From: Nannocystales bacterium
GTDB lineage: Bacteria; Myxococcota_A; Polyangia; Nannocystales; Nannocystaceae
NCBI GenBank assembly: GCA_050633305.1
Contig: JBOEGF010000019.1
Span: 64,001 to 128,000, forward strand
Direction: 5' to 3'
DNA length: 64,000 bases
Below are positions 36,834-46,651 of the stretch, in pieces. How positions within the stretch are numbered: the stretch's first letter is position 1; each line of letters opens with the position of its first letter. The notes under the pieces are model-generated. The model ran no database searches. It was given only the letters and a program-made list of their open reading frames with translations, and was not told the origin of the DNA. A program made the translations under genes and the position numbers.

Positions 36834-37538
36834 ATGAAAACGACTTGGACCTGGTTCTTCGATGTGACGCTTTGTGCCCTGACCGGCTGTGTTCTGGCCG
36901 GCTGTCCGTCGGAGGATGATGACGGCGGAGAGGTGGGGGCTGCGACGACCTCGTCGACCGGTGAGGCGGCAGGGGAAGCGACCGGCGGTGCAACCCCTTC
37001 GAGCGGAGGGGCAGAGTCGACGAGTACGAGCGACGCCCCGACCAGCGCATCGGGGACCACCACGACGACGGCGGCGGAGACCTCGGACTCCGCTGCTTCG
37101 AGCTCGGAAGGCTCCAGCGAGGGCGGCGACACCGAAGCTGCAACGTATGCGGTGTCTGGAACTGTCACGCGCAGTGCGATGCTGCCCAACGACGGAGACG
37201 GGGTGGGCACTCTCGTGGTGGGCGCATTCGCGGAGTGCACCCTGCAAGCGCCGATTGTCCTCGGTGCGGCGATCATCCCGAATGCGGATCTCTCGGCCGA
37301 CGATGCGTCGGTCGAGTTCATGATCGAGCCGCTGCCAGAGGGGTCCGTCTTCCTGGTCTCGTTCTTGGACGACGATGGCAACCTGGATCCGGACAACCCG
37401 TTGCCCGATGATGGAGACCCGGTTCTGGCCGAGGGCGTGGGCGACGGGATCCTGACCTGTATCGAGGTGGTGATCGACGGTGACGACGTGCCCGACGTCG
37501 TCGTCGACCTCAACGAGATTGCGATGCCACAGGGCTGA
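36834..37538 (+). CDS. Hypothetical lipoprotein with S/T stalk and acidic beta domain
   Basis: LAGC lipobox; VSGTVT...FLDDDGNLD; GAGG SD before ATG 36834. Confidence 0.7.
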   Translation: MKTTWTWFFDVTLCALTGCVLAGCPSEDDDGGEVGAATTSSTGEAAGEATGGATPSSGGAESTSTSDAPTSASGTTTTTAAETSDSAASSSEGSSEGGDTEAATYAVSGTVTRSAMLPNDGDGVGTLVVGAFAECTLQAPIVLGAAIIPNADLSADDASVEFMIEPLPEGSVFLVSFLDDDGNLDPDNPLPDDGDPVLAEGVGDGILTCIEVVIDGDDVPDVVVDLNEIAMPQG

Positions 37539-38490
37539 AGCTGCGCGGCGAGTTCCCAAGCCACCTTCGATGGGCGCGGCGAAACGCGGAGGCGTCGGAG
37601 TAGCCCAGCTTTGACGAGGCGTTTTCGACGGTGCCGCCTTCGAGCAGTTCGAGGGCAGCACTCCGCAGCGCGTCGTCGAGCACCGACTGAAACGAGCTTT
37701 GCTCGGCGGCGAGTTTGCGCCTCAACGTGCGAGCGCTCAGCCCCAGGGCGGACGCGACGTCGGCGCATGGGAGCCCCGCGGTCGGTCCGAGGACGGCGAT
37801 CGCGGCTTCGACCCGAGCCTGCATCGTGGTCTCGGTGTGGCTGCGCCACCGCGCGTGGTCCTCGAGGAGGTCTCGAAGCTGGGGGTCCGCCGTACACAGG
37901 GGAGCGTCTAGGTCGGCGGCGTCGTATTCGAGCCCGAGCGTAGGCTGTCCGACTTCGGTGGGGCAGCCCAGCCACCTGCAGGCCGCGTGTCCTTGCTCGG
38001 CGGCGACTGCCTGCCCCAGGAATGCTCGACGGGGGCGGACGCCTGCGTGGTGCCATGCAAAGCTGGCCACCACGGCGACCGAAAACAAGTCCACGGAGGC
38101 CGGGCGGGGGTGAAACGAGTTGACGCTGAGGCGGACGCGGCTTCGGCTCGACTCGACTCGGTGCGTGGTCGCGTTTCCGAGCAAGGCGCCGTAGTGGCGG
38201 CACAGGGTTCGGAAGGCATCGCCGACGGTGGGTGCCGCCGCGAGGAGATACGTGAGGTGTCCGTAGCTGGCCGGGCCTACCGTGTCGGCGATGCGCAGCG
38301 GCAACTCCGGGTCCGAGTGACCGACCGCAGCTTCCCAGACCGCGTCTGTCTTTGCGCTGGGTAGCCGAAGGTCGAGCTGCAATGTTGCGCAGGAGAGTCC
38401 GACAGCTCGCAAAGCATCGGGGCCCCGCTCACCCACTGCGTCGCGGATAGGCCGAAGGGCGCGGGCGTCCAGCGTACGTAGGGCGGGCAC
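37510..38490 (-). CDS. AraC family transcriptional regulator (OruR-like)
   Basis: VASALGLSARTLRRKL and LGYSDASAFRRAHRRW; N-terminal AAPTVGDAF; start estimated. Confidence 0.88.
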   Translation of the reverse strand: MPALRTLDARALRPIRDAVGERGPDALRAVGLSCATLQLDLRLPSAKTDAVWEAAVGHSDPELPLRIADTVGPASYGHLTYLLAAAPTVGDAFRTLCRHYGALLGNATTHRVESSRSRVRLSVNSFHPRPASVDLFSVAVVASFAWHHAGVRPRRAFLGQAVAAEQGHAACRWLGCPTEVGQPTLGLEYDAADLDAPLCTADPQLRDLLEDHARWRSHTETTMQARVEAAIAVLGPTAGLPCADVASALGLSARTLRRKLAAEQSSFQSVLDDALRSAALELLEGGTVENASSKLGYSDASAFRRAHRRWLGNSPRSFSPVASQSR

Positions 38491-38552
38491 ACCTTGATGG
38501 TGCCCGCCGTCGACCAAACGATCACGCCTTTGTGGCGGGAGGGAGTTGGGCT

Positions 38553-39101
38553 CTACACCCGGAGCGCAGGAAAGTCGTAAACCACAGCGCCCTCGTCGGT
38601 GATGTCGACGTTGGCATGTCCTGCCTTGGCGATCTCGGTGAGCTTGGCGTCCGCTTCGGAGACCGGGATCGCGAGCTCTGCCGCGGTCGACGCCGCTGTG
38701 AGGCGGCCGCTGCGAAGCCGAGCCAGCTTGAGAACTCGGAGCTCGAGGTCGACCGTTGGGTCACGCAGGTCGGCGTTGGGATCCTGAGGCGGCGCGTACG
38801 CTGGGCCTGGAGGCGGGTACCCTGGGTTCGGCGGGTACGCTTGGTGGGGCGGATAGCCGCCTGCGTACGGCGCGCCGCCGGGCGGGAGCATCGCTTGACC
38901 AGCCGGAAGCGCGTACCGGTTGGACTCACGCACCTGCGACTCCATGGTGATGAGATCGTAGATGGTGCCCAGCATGAACAAACCACCGGTCAGGAACCAG
39001 ATGATCCCGGTCACCGGCTTGCCCAGGTAGAAACGATGAACGCCTGACACGCCCAAGAAGCCCAACGCGGCGAGCAGGTAGGAAACAGTCAGGCTGCGCA
39101 T
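38553..39101 (-). CDS. TM2 domain protein with Pro-rich linker and C-terminal wHTH-like domain
   Basis: GVSGVHRFYLGKPVTGIIWFLTGGLF.LG.IYDL. Confidence 0.85.
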   Translation of the reverse strand: MRSLTVSYLLAALGFLGVSGVHRFYLGKPVTGIIWFLTGGLFMLGTIYDLITMESQVRESNRYALPAGQAMLPPGGAPYAGGYPPHQAYPPNPGYPPPGPAYAPPQDPNADLRDPTVDLELRVLKLARLRSGRLTAASTAAELAIPVSEADAKLTEIAKAGHANVDITDEGAVVYDFPALRV

Positions 39102-39136
39102 GAATGGGAGGATAGCAGCGGGGCGTGCATAGGTGG

Positions 39137-40177
39137 TCATGGGGCGGGCGAGAGTGCGAACCCCGAGCCCGACGTCGGTATTCCTTCGGGCGTTAGACCG
39201 CGAAGGAGGGACGGGAGGTCCTGACTGCGCTTGAGGGTCGCGAACAACCCGGCGTAGACCTCGGACGCCGGCGCTGCGAGCCGTAGCCACTGTTTGCACC
39301 GTCCCAGCGCGACCGCCTCCGTGCCCCCACCATCGAGGATGCGCTGCGCATAGTCTCGGAGTCGCTCGCAGAGCCAGATCGGGTCGAGCTCGGGATCCCG
39401 GTGTCCGCGCAGCTGCCTGAACAGGCGGGGCCGACCCATGGCGCCACGCCCGATCATGAACGCGGTGCAGCCGCTGACCTGCTGACAGGCCTCGACAGCC
39501 TCGACCGTGTTGAGGTCGCCATTGGCCACGACGGGCATGCGTACCGCCTCACGGGCGCGCCCGATGCTGCCCCAGTCGACGGGCGGCCGATATCCCTGCA
39601 TGCGAGTCCGGGCATGGATCGTCAGCCATGACGCGCCGCCCTGCTCGATCGAGCGGGCGATGTCCTCCACGTGGTCGGCGTTCTCCCAGCCGAGCCGGAT
39701 CTTTACGGTGACTGGGATGGAGTCGGGGACCGCCTGGCGTACTGCCGTGGTGATCGCTTCCAGACGGTGCGGGAACTGTAGAATTGTCGCGCCTCCATCG
39801 CTCTTGTTGACCGTCTTGGCCGGGCAGCCGAAGTTGATGTCGATCCCTGGAGCTCCCATCTCGACACATCGAGCGGCCGTCGCGGCCATCGGCTCCGGTT
39901 GTCCTCCGAGTAGCTGAACGAAGACCGGTACACTCGAGGCTGTCGTTCCGCCGGTCTGTACTTCGGGGCAGTGCTTGAGGATGACCTTGGGCACCACGGC
40001 CATGCGGGTGACCCGGACGAACTCCGACACACACATGCTGATGCCGCAGGCGCCACCGTGCAGGCCCGTGAGCAAGTCGCGATAGACCCAGTCGGTCACG
40101 CCGTCCATCGGCGCGAGTGCTGCGAACAGACCCGGTGCGCCCGGGGTGCGAGCGACGCGGGGGTCGATGACGGTCAC
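39137..40177 (-). CDS. dusC: tRNA-dihydrouridine synthase, DusC-like
   Basis: LAPMDGVTD, SEFVRVT, VQLLG, DINFGCPAKTVN..GGATIL, VTVKIRLGW, TIHART and NGD. Confidence 0.88.
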   Translation of the reverse strand: MTVIDPRVARTPGAPGLFAALAPMDGVTDWVYRDLLTGLHGGACGISMCVSEFVRVTRMAVVPKVILKHCPEVQTGGTTASSVPVFVQLLGGQPEPMAATAARCVEMGAPGIDINFGCPAKTVNKSDGGATILQFPHRLEAITTAVRQAVPDSIPVTVKIRLGWENADHVEDIARSIEQGGASWLTIHARTRMQGYRPPVDWGSIGRAREAVRMPVVANGDLNTVEAVEACQQVSGCTAFMIGRGAMGRPRLFRQLRGHRDPELDPIWLCERLRDYAQRILDGGGTEAVALGRCKQWLRLAAPASEVYAGLFATLKRSQDLPSLLRGLTPEGIPTSGSGFALSPAP

Positions 40178-40458
40178 AGCGTGAGCTCGAGCTGGCCGTC
40201 GAGCTTGGGGGACCACGGGACCAGGAGGAACTCGTAGGTGCGGGATGGGGTCGCCCCGGCCCGGCTCCGAACCTTGCGGCAGATGAAGCCGGCGGGGGTC
40301 AGTCGCCGAGCTTCGAGCATCGCCCAGATCTCATGCTCGGTGTCCTGGGCCGCATACCCGTTGTGCTCGAGGGTATCCACGACGGAGCCCATCGCCATGC
40401 CTTGGTCGGGGGCGGATTCGACGAGGGCGACGATCGCCTGGCGGAGGGCTGAGCGCAT
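40174..40458 (-). CDS. Small hypothetical protein translationally coupled to dusC
   Basis: 94-aa ORF from ATG 40458; GTGA overlap with the dusC start. Confidence 0.6.
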   Translation of the reverse strand: MRSALRQAIVALVESAPDQGMAMGSVVDTLEHNGYAAQDTEHEIWAMLEARRLTPAGFICRKVRSRAGATPSRTYEFLLVPWSPKLDGQLELTL

Positions 40459-40518
40459 GGACGGCGGAGCATCGCGTGGGCGCCCCTCCGGCGCAAACGG
40501 AACTTTGGTGAAAATGCT

Positions 40519-40537
40519 GTTGACTTTCATTTTCATT
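40519..40537. promoter_or_regulatory. Fur-box-like operator overlapping a TTGACT -35 element
   Basis: GTTGACTTTCATTTTCATT in an AT-rich island; resembles the Fur-family TGAnAAT-n-ATTnTCA pattern with a perfect right half. Confidence 0.5.
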
Positions 40538-40547
40538 GTGGCAAAGT

Positions 40548-40678
40548 GGCTCTCGTTGGAGCCCGGTCACGAACGTCTTCGTTCGGCTCCTTGCAGGCAT
40601 CACCGGGCGAAAACGCCAAATGGCCAGTCGGCCCAATCGTAGCGTGGTGCGTCGCTGCGGTTGGGCCGACGTTTTTTT
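40548..40678 (+). ncRNA. Candidate structured small RNA (about 125-130 nt)
   Basis: Promoter-like signals upstream, several internal hairpins and a + strand intrinsic terminator, with no + strand gene nearby. Confidence 0.5.
40627..40678 (+). terminator. Intrinsic terminator on the + strand
   Basis: gtcggcccaatcgtagcg pairs with cgctgcggttgggccgac (18 bp including two G-U), 8-nt loop, then G and T7. Confidence 0.8.
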
Positions 40679-40715
40679 GCGGCGCGGGGGATCTCCGAGA
40701 ACCCGGGGAGCGCGC

Positions 40716-41771
40716 CTACGATTTGGCGGGGAGGTTGCCGGGCGCTTGGAGCTCGTCATCTTGCGCCGGGAACCACCGACTCGCGACGCGGATCGCGTTG
40801 GTCGCCGCGCCGAGGCGGAGGTTGTCGCCAGCAACCGTGAGGCACACGGTCCTTCCGCTCTCATCGCGGGGGTCGAGACGCAGTCGGCCGGCCAGCGTTC
40901 GGTCTCGATCGTGCACACACGCAAGCGCGGTGAGTCCCTCGCCCACCGGGCCTTTGTTCACGCTGACGAACGGCGCAGCGCTCGTCTGTTGTAGCGCGGC
41001 TTCGATCTCAGCCAGAGGCGCGGCGCGTTCGAGCTCGAGCCACACGTTCATGAAGTGCCCGATCGCCACGGGGACACGACAGCACTGTGCGCTGACCTTG
41101 AGGTGAGCCGCATCCAAGATCTTGCGGCTCTCCTTCATCAGCTTGCGCTCCTCGGAACTGAAGCCAGTTTCGTCGGTCTTTCCGCTATGCGGGACGGTGT
41201 TGCCAACGTACCCGGCTGGGTCGAGCTGCGACCCGACGCGGTTGGGCTCGGCATACCCCGCGCGAGAATCCTCGAGGAAGCCATCGAGAGCACCGATGCC
41301 GGCGCCACTGATCGCTTGGTACGAGCTGATCGCGACCGAGGTCAGACCGAACGCATGGGCCAAGGGAGCCATGGCCATCGTAAAGGGGATGGTGGTGCAA
41401 TTTGGGTTGGCGACGAGTTGGGTTTTCTCGCTCACGACCCCACAGTTGACGCCCGCCGAGACCAGCGGAACGCTCTCCTCCATCCGGTAGGTGTTGCTCT
41501 TGTCGACGACCTTGTACCCAAGCTCGACCAACCGCGGGACGTAGCGCTTGCTGTGCTCGTCATCGAGCGCGACGAGGGCGAGGTCCCCGCGCGGCGCGTT
41601 GTCTTCCTCGAGTTCAGGCGCAGCGAGCACGTCGAAGGTTTCCCCGGCGTGCTCCAGTTGTTTTCGTCGGCTCGCAAACCCGATGATCTCCGCCGTCGGC
41701 CAGGCGCGGCGGATCAGCGTGATGGACTCGCGGCCGACGAGGCCTGTGGCACCAAGGATACAGATGCGCAT
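40716..41771 (-). CDS. asd: Aspartate-semialdehyde dehydrogenase
   Basis: ILGATGLVG, ANPNCTT, YQAISGAG, EERKL..ESRKIL, CRVPV..GH and DNLRLGAATNA. Confidence 0.93.
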   Translation of the reverse strand: MRICILGATGLVGRESITLIRRAWPTAEIIGFASRRKQLEHAGETFDVLAAPELEEDNAPRGDLALVALDDEHSKRYVPRLVELGYKVVDKSNTYRMEESVPLVSAGVNCGVVSEKTQLVANPNCTTIPFTMAMAPLAHAFGLTSVAISSYQAISGAGIGALDGFLEDSRAGYAEPNRVGSQLDPAGYVGNTVPHSGKTDETGFSSEERKLMKESRKILDAAHLKVSAQCCRVPVAIGHFMNVWLELERAAPLAEIEAALQQTSAAPFVSVNKGPVGEGLTALACVHDRDRTLAGRLRLDPRDESGRTVCLTVAGDNLRLGAATNAIRVASRWFPAQDDELQAPGNLPAKS

Positions 41772-41929
41772 GGGCGTGCTCTAGCACGGAGTGCGGAGGC
41801 GAGCGAATCCGTCGACGCACCGTTTGCGCACCCAAACACAGTGAAATCCACGTCTCAGCCCTCACCAAGAAACGCAGAAGCCCGATGCCGGGTTGTGTCA
41901 TCATCTGGAGGGGAATGCAGGGAGACAGC

Positions 41930-42976
41930 ATGAACGGAACTACGAGTCGGCAACGCTTGTTTGGACGCGCCGCGATGGGGCTGGTGACGGGGGCGCTGAG
42001 CTTGGGTTTGGTGGCTTCGCCTCTCACCGCGCATGCCCAGACCCTGCCGACGACCACATCGGTCAGCCCCGGGGCGGTCCCGCTGGCTCTCATCAAGAAG
42101 AAGAAAAAGAAGAAGAAAAAGAAGAAGAAAAAGAAGCCTGCAGCCGAGCCCGGCCTGTCTCCGGAGTCCGCCGACGCCAAACGGCAGGCGATCCGAGATT
42201 CGGTCGCGAGCGATCTCGACGCGGGCAACCTCGATGGCGCAGCCAACGGCCTCGAGGAGAACGCTGTACTGCTCGGTGACCCCGTCACCATGAAAGAAGC
42301 GGGCGCTCTGCGGCTCGAAGCTGCCCGCAAAGAGCGCAGCATCGAGCAAGCCGAGGCCAGCATCGCCACGACGACGGTCGCCCTCGACATCCTGCACTTC
42401 TACGATGGCGTGTCCTCCGGTTCCGCCGAGTCGCGCTGGCTGGTCATCGACCCCGCGTCCGCGGCTGGCATGATCTCCGAGGCCGAGGCGCAGATCACCG
42501 AAGCCGAAGAGTTGATCGCCGAAATCGAGGAGGAGCAGGCTCCTGACGATGAGGCCGTCGCGAAGAACGACAAGTCGTCGAAGAAGAAAAAGAAGAAGAA
42601 GCGCGGAAAGGCCAAGCCTGGCACCGGCTTCCTGATCGGCGGTAGCGTGGCTACGGCCGTCGGACTGGGCGGCGTGGGGCTTGCTGTTGCAGGTCTGCTG
42701 CAGAGTTCGTCCGCGCAAGACGAGGTCGAAGGCCTCGGTGGCGATCCCGCAAATCAGCCGCGCATCGACGAACTCGACGAGGAGGGCGCTCGCGGGAACA
42801 TGTTCGGTTACGTCGGCATCGGTGTCGCCGTGGCCGGGCTTGCGATCGGCGTCCCGCTCATCATCGTCGGCGCCAAGAAGCGCAAGGAAGCTGGCCCGTC
42901 GGGGAATGCAAGCGTTCGCGTCGCCCCGCTGGTCGCCGGCCGTATTCAGGGCCTCGCGGTCTCCGGCCGCTTCTAG
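41930..42976 (+). CDS. Exported hypothetical protein with poly-Lys tracts, helical domain, hydrophobic hairpin and terminal GRF
   Basis: Signal peptide ending AHA; K14 and K7 tracts; two hydrophobic segments; ends GLAVSGRF; GGAG SD before ATG 41930. Confidence 0.75.
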   Translation: MNGTTSRQRLFGRAAMGLVTGALSLGLVASPLTAHAQTLPTTTSVSPGAVPLALIKKKKKKKKKKKKKKPAAEPGLSPESADAKRQAIRDSVASDLDAGNLDGAANGLEENAVLLGDPVTMKEAGALRLEAARKERSIEQAEASIATTTVALDILHFYDGVSSGSAESRWLVIDPASAAGMISEAEAQITEAEELIAEIEEEQAPDDEAVAKNDKSSKKKKKKKRGKAKPGTGFLIGGSVATAVGLGGVGLAVAGLLQSSSAQDEVEGLGGDPANQPRIDELDEEGARGNMFGYVGIGVAVAGLAIGVPLIIVGAKKRKEAGPSGNASVRVAPLVAGRIQGLAVSGRF

Positions 42977-42994
42977 TACCGAGTCAACATCGCC

Positions 42995-43690
42995 ATGCGA
43001 CTGCTTCGAATCCTCACCGTCACGGTTGGGCTGGGATGCTTCGGCCTTTCGGCTGGTGGAGCCGGCTGCAATCCGGTCTCAGACTTCCAGTGTTCGACCA
43101 GCGAAGACTGCATCGCTGAGGGCGCGGGTGGGGTCTGCGAAACGAACAGCTTCTGCACGTTCCCCGATGCTGCGTGTCCCACGGGCAAACGCTGGCATGA
43201 CCGGGCTTCGTCGCTCGCGGGGATGTGTTTCGGCGATGAAGGGGGTGCAACGGACACCGACGACTCGGCGGGGAGCTCTGGCGAGTCGGGCGAGGACTCC
43301 ACGACCGACGTGGAGCCGGGCACGAGCACGTCCGGCGAGCCCACGACGGCCCCATCCACGGATCCGACGATGGATACGACGACGGATCCGACGATGGATC
43401 CGACGACCGGAGATCCGACCACAAGTGGGAGCTCCACCGGCACGGGTTCCATGGCGAGCTGCGACGAGATGTACGGAGCCGCCACGGACTACATGCTCTG
43501 CGACGAGGAGGTCGACAGCTGCAGGTTCGGGGTCACGGTGACGATGACGCCGTGCAACTCCATCTGCGAGGCGTTTGGTGGCACCTGCCAGGGCGCGCAG
43601 CTCAACGAGAAGCCTGTGTGTACCTCGACAGGCGACATCACTTGCGATGACATGACCTCCAACACGGTCATCTGCATCTGCAGCCGCTGA
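42995..43690 (+). CDS. Cys-rich lipoprotein with T/S/D stalk
   Basis: GAGC-NPVSDFQCSTSEDC; two Cys-rich domains separated by TTDPTMD repeats. Confidence 0.75.
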   Translation: MRLLRILTVTVGLGCFGLSAGGAGCNPVSDFQCSTSEDCIAEGAGGVCETNSFCTFPDAACPTGKRWHDRASSLAGMCFGDEGGATDTDDSAGSSGESGEDSTTDVEPGTSTSGEPTTAPSTDPTMDTTTDPTMDPTTGDPTTSGSSTGTGSMASCDEMYGAATDYMLCDEEVDSCRFGVTVTMTPCNSICEAFGGTCQGAQLNEKPVCTSTGDITCDDMTSNTVICICSR

Positions 43691-43771
43691 GCGCTCGCTC
43701 CGCACAAACACGTCGGGATCCGCACGCGACGGAGGACGGCGCGCGTCCGCCATCGTGATACGCACCGCGGC

Positions 43772-45778
43772 ATGTCGCAGCGTGCAGCCTTCGCCCCGCG
43801 GGACATCTCCGCGTCCGACCACGCCACGATGGTTTCGACCGTCAAGGGCCTCGCCATGGACGCGGTCCAGAAGGCGAACTCGGGTCACCCCGGAATGCCC
43901 ATGGGAACGGCCTGCATGGCCAGCACCCTGTGGACTCGCTTCCTGGTCCACGACCCCGCGGATCCGAACTGGCCAGACCGCGATCGCTTCGTCCTCAGCG
44001 CAGGCCATGGCTCGATGCTGCTGTACTCGCTGCTGCACCTCTCGGGCTACTCGCTGACGCTCGACGACCTCAAGAACTTCCGCCAGTGGGGGTCCAAGAC
44101 GCCTGGCCACCCCGAGGTGCATGACACCGAAGGCGTGGAGGTCACGACCGGTCCTCTGGGGACAGGGTTTGCAACGGGGGTCGGCATGGCCGTCGCCGAA
44201 CGTTGGCTTGCGACTCGCTACAACCGGCCTGGCCACGAGGTTGTCGACCACTTCACGTACGGAATCGTCAGCGACGGCGATCTGATGGAAGGCGTCGCGT
44301 CGGAGGCGGCCAGCTTCGCGGGACATCAGAAGCTCGGCAAGCTCATCTACCTCTACGACGACAACCAGATCACGATCGACGGCGGAACCGACATCTCCTT
44401 CACGGAAGATGTTGGCAAACGCTTTGAGGCCTATGGCTGGCAGGTACTCAAGGCCGACGGGCACGACGACGCGGCGGTCACGGCTGCACTGACGGCTGCA
44501 CGCGCCGAAACTGAAAAGCCCACACTGATCTGCGCTCGCACGGTGATTGGACACGGGAGCCCGTCGAAGGCTGGCAAGTCCAGCTCGCATGGAGCCCCGC
44601 TCGGTGCCGAAGAAATCGAGGCGACCAAGAAGGGCATGGACTGGCCGCTCGAGCCGTTCCACGTCCCGGACGCCCTGCCGAACAAGATCGCCGAGGTCAT
44701 CGCTCCGGGGGTCGCACAGCATGCGGCTTGGAACGAGCGCATGGTCGCCTATCGGACCGCACATCCGGAGCTGGCGGCAGAGTTCGAAGCCGTGCTCGAG
44801 GGCAAGGCGACGGACGCGGACTTCGCAGGTCTTCCCGAGTTTGAAGTCGGCACCAAGTTGGCGACCCGCAAGGCCAGCGCGAAGGTCCTCAATGCGTTGG
44901 CTGATCGCTTCCCATCGCTCGTCGGCGGCTCGGCGGACCTGGCCGGAAGCAACGGCGTGGGCTTCCCCGAAGGCGGCGTCCTGAGCCCTGAGCAGGGCGA
45001 TGGTCGCAACGTCCACTTCGGCGTGCGAGAGCACGGCATGGGCGGCATCGTCAACGGGATGGCCCTGCACGGTGGCATGCGTCCCTTCGACGCCACCTTC
45101 CTGATCTTCTCGGACTTCATGCGCGGTGCCGTCCGTCTGTCGGCGCTACAGCAGATCCCCGTCGTCCACATCTACTCGCACGACAGCATCTTCCTCGGTG
45201 AAGATGGCCCCACGCACCAGCCCGTCGAGCAGACGATGAGCCTGCGGATGATCCCCAACCTCCACGTCGTTCGCCCCGCGGACGCCAAGGAGACGGTGGG
45301 GGCCTGGAAGATGGCGCTGCAGCGCACCGACGGACCCACGGCGATCTTGCTGACTCGTCAGGGCCTTCCGATCCTCGAAGGCACCGACCGCGACATCACC
45401 CGGGGGGCGTACATCGTCCTCGAGCCCTCGGGCGAGGGCGAGCTGCACGGCATTCTGGTCGCGACGGGATCCGAGGTCTCCCTGGCGGTCGAGGTCGCAG
45501 GCCGGCTCCAGGCGCAAGGCAAGCGCACCCGCGTCGTCTCGATGCCATGCTGGGAAGCCTTCGAAGCGCAGGACGGCGCCTACAAAGAGAGCGTGCTGCC
45601 CAAGGCGGTGACTCGCCGACTCTCGGTCGAGGCCGGCGTCGGGATGGGATGGGAGCGCTACGCCGCTCACCAGCAGAGCATCGACCGCTTCGGGGCTTCA
45701 GCACCGATGGGGGTGTTGGCGGAGAAGTTTGGCTTCACCGCGGATGCCGTCCTCGCCCGCTACCTGGATCTCGATTAG
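43772..45778 (+). CDS. tkt: Transketolase
   Basis: [44 protein letters not shown] and GEDGPTHQP. Confidence 0.98.
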   Translation: MSQRAAFAPRDISASDHATMVSTVKGLAMDAVQKANSGHPGMPMGTACMASTLWTRFLVHDPADPNWPDRDRFVLSAGHGSMLLYSLLHLSGYSLTLDDLKNFRQWGSKTPGHPEVHDTEGVEVTTGPLGTGFATGVGMAVAERWLATRYNRPGHEVVDHFTYGIVSDGDLMEGVASEAASFAGHQKLGKLIYLYDDNQITIDGGTDISFTEDVGKRFEAYGWQVLKADGHDDAAVTAALTAARAETEKPTLICARTVIGHGSPSKAGKSSSHGAPLGAEEIEATKKGMDWPLEPFHVPDALPNKIAEVIAPGVAQHAAWNERMVAYRTAHPELAAEFEAVLEGKATDADFAGLPEFEVGTKLATRKASAKVLNALADRFPSLVGGSADLAGSNGVGFPEGGVLSPEQGDGRNVHFGVREHGMGGIVNGMALHGGMRPFDATFLIFSDFMRGAVRLSALQQIPVVHIYSHDSIFLGEDGPTHQPVEQTMSLRMIPNLHVVRPADAKETVGAWKMALQRTDGPTAILLTRQGLPILEGTDRDITRGAYIVLEPSGEGELHGILVATGSEVSLAVEVAGRLQAQGKRTRVVSMPCWEAFEAQDGAYKESVLPKAVTRRLSVEAGVGMGWERYAAHQQSIDRFGASAPMGVLAEKFGFTADAVLARYLDLD

Positions 45779-45810
45779 GGCGCACCTCAAGAGGACGCCG
45801 GCTTGCCGCG

Positions 45811-46176
45811 CTAGTTGAGCCGCTTGTTCGGGTCGCTGACGCGGTAGGGGCTCTGCGTCGGAGTCGGCGGTCGGGTCCAAGGCTTGGGGCCCTCGCCCGC
45901 TTCGTCGCGATGTTCTTCGGTCTCGAGCATGCAGATGACCGCCGAGTTGGCGTGGTGCGGCAGGAAGGCCGAGTTCACGTCCATGAGCGCGTTGCCCATG
46001 GCGGCTCCGCCGACGGAGCCCCGAAACCCGGATGTGCCCTTCCTGCGCCGCCACGCGACGAGGATGAGGGAGGCGACGAACAGCCCAAGCGCCAGTCCTG
46101 GCAGTCCCGAGAATCCCATCACGGGGTCCGGAGTCTGAGAAGCCTGCGCGCCTTCGGGTCCCCACATCGCGAGCAT
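45811..46176 (-). CDS. Small hypothetical membrane protein
   Basis: One TM segment (LPGLALGLFVASLILVAW) followed by RRRK; start uncertain. Confidence 0.45.
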   Translation of the reverse strand: MLAMWGPEGAQASQTPDPVMGFSGLPGLALGLFVASLILVAWRRRKGTSGFRGSVGGAAMGNALMDVNSAFLPHHANSAVICMLETEEHRDEAGEGPKPWTRPPTPTQSPYRVSDPNKRLN

Positions 46177-46651
46177 CACGCTTCTACTGTACGCGGTTCC
46201 TTGGGGACGGTCGGAGCGCACCTCGAGCGAAACGGTTCGGGCGCGTTGTGGTGGTGCGCTGCGTAGAGGGCGCCAACTCGGGCCGCGGTCGTGTTGGCCC
46301 CGCCGTGCTCACCTCGCGCAGGGCGAGGGCAGAGCATTCACCGAGGTCGAATCCGGTCTCGACGCAGTGCGGTTCCCGATGGTCCGCGGCGCTGTCGCAC
46401 GCGGTCGCGGTTGCCCGAAACCGGCTGTTTGCGACTGCTGGAGCGGTCCTAGCGAGGACGGGGCTGCTAGCTCACGTCCCGGATCGGCGCACCTTGCCCC
46501 CGGGCGTGAGCACCCACGCAAGCCGCGCGGATGCCGTGGGGTGCTCCATGGTGCAGGTTGTGGCATTCTCCGCGCGCCTCGCCCCCGATCCTCGGGTCTT
46601 GCGGGGCTTTTGCAGACACGTTCTTCAGACGCCTAAAGGCAAAAAGCAGCC

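Noticed and set aside
40459..40536. N-terminal extension MKMKVNSIF... of ORF 40174..40536
   Set aside because: It runs through the AT-rich operator-like island; ATG 40458 is the more plausible start.
40536..41106. + strand ORFs as the gene served by the 40519 promoter
   Set aside because: They cross a strong terminator and overlap asd antisense; no motifs or SD.
43079..45070. 663-aa minus-strand ORF
   Set aside because: Antisense shadow of tkt caused by high-GC codon bias; no recognisable motifs.
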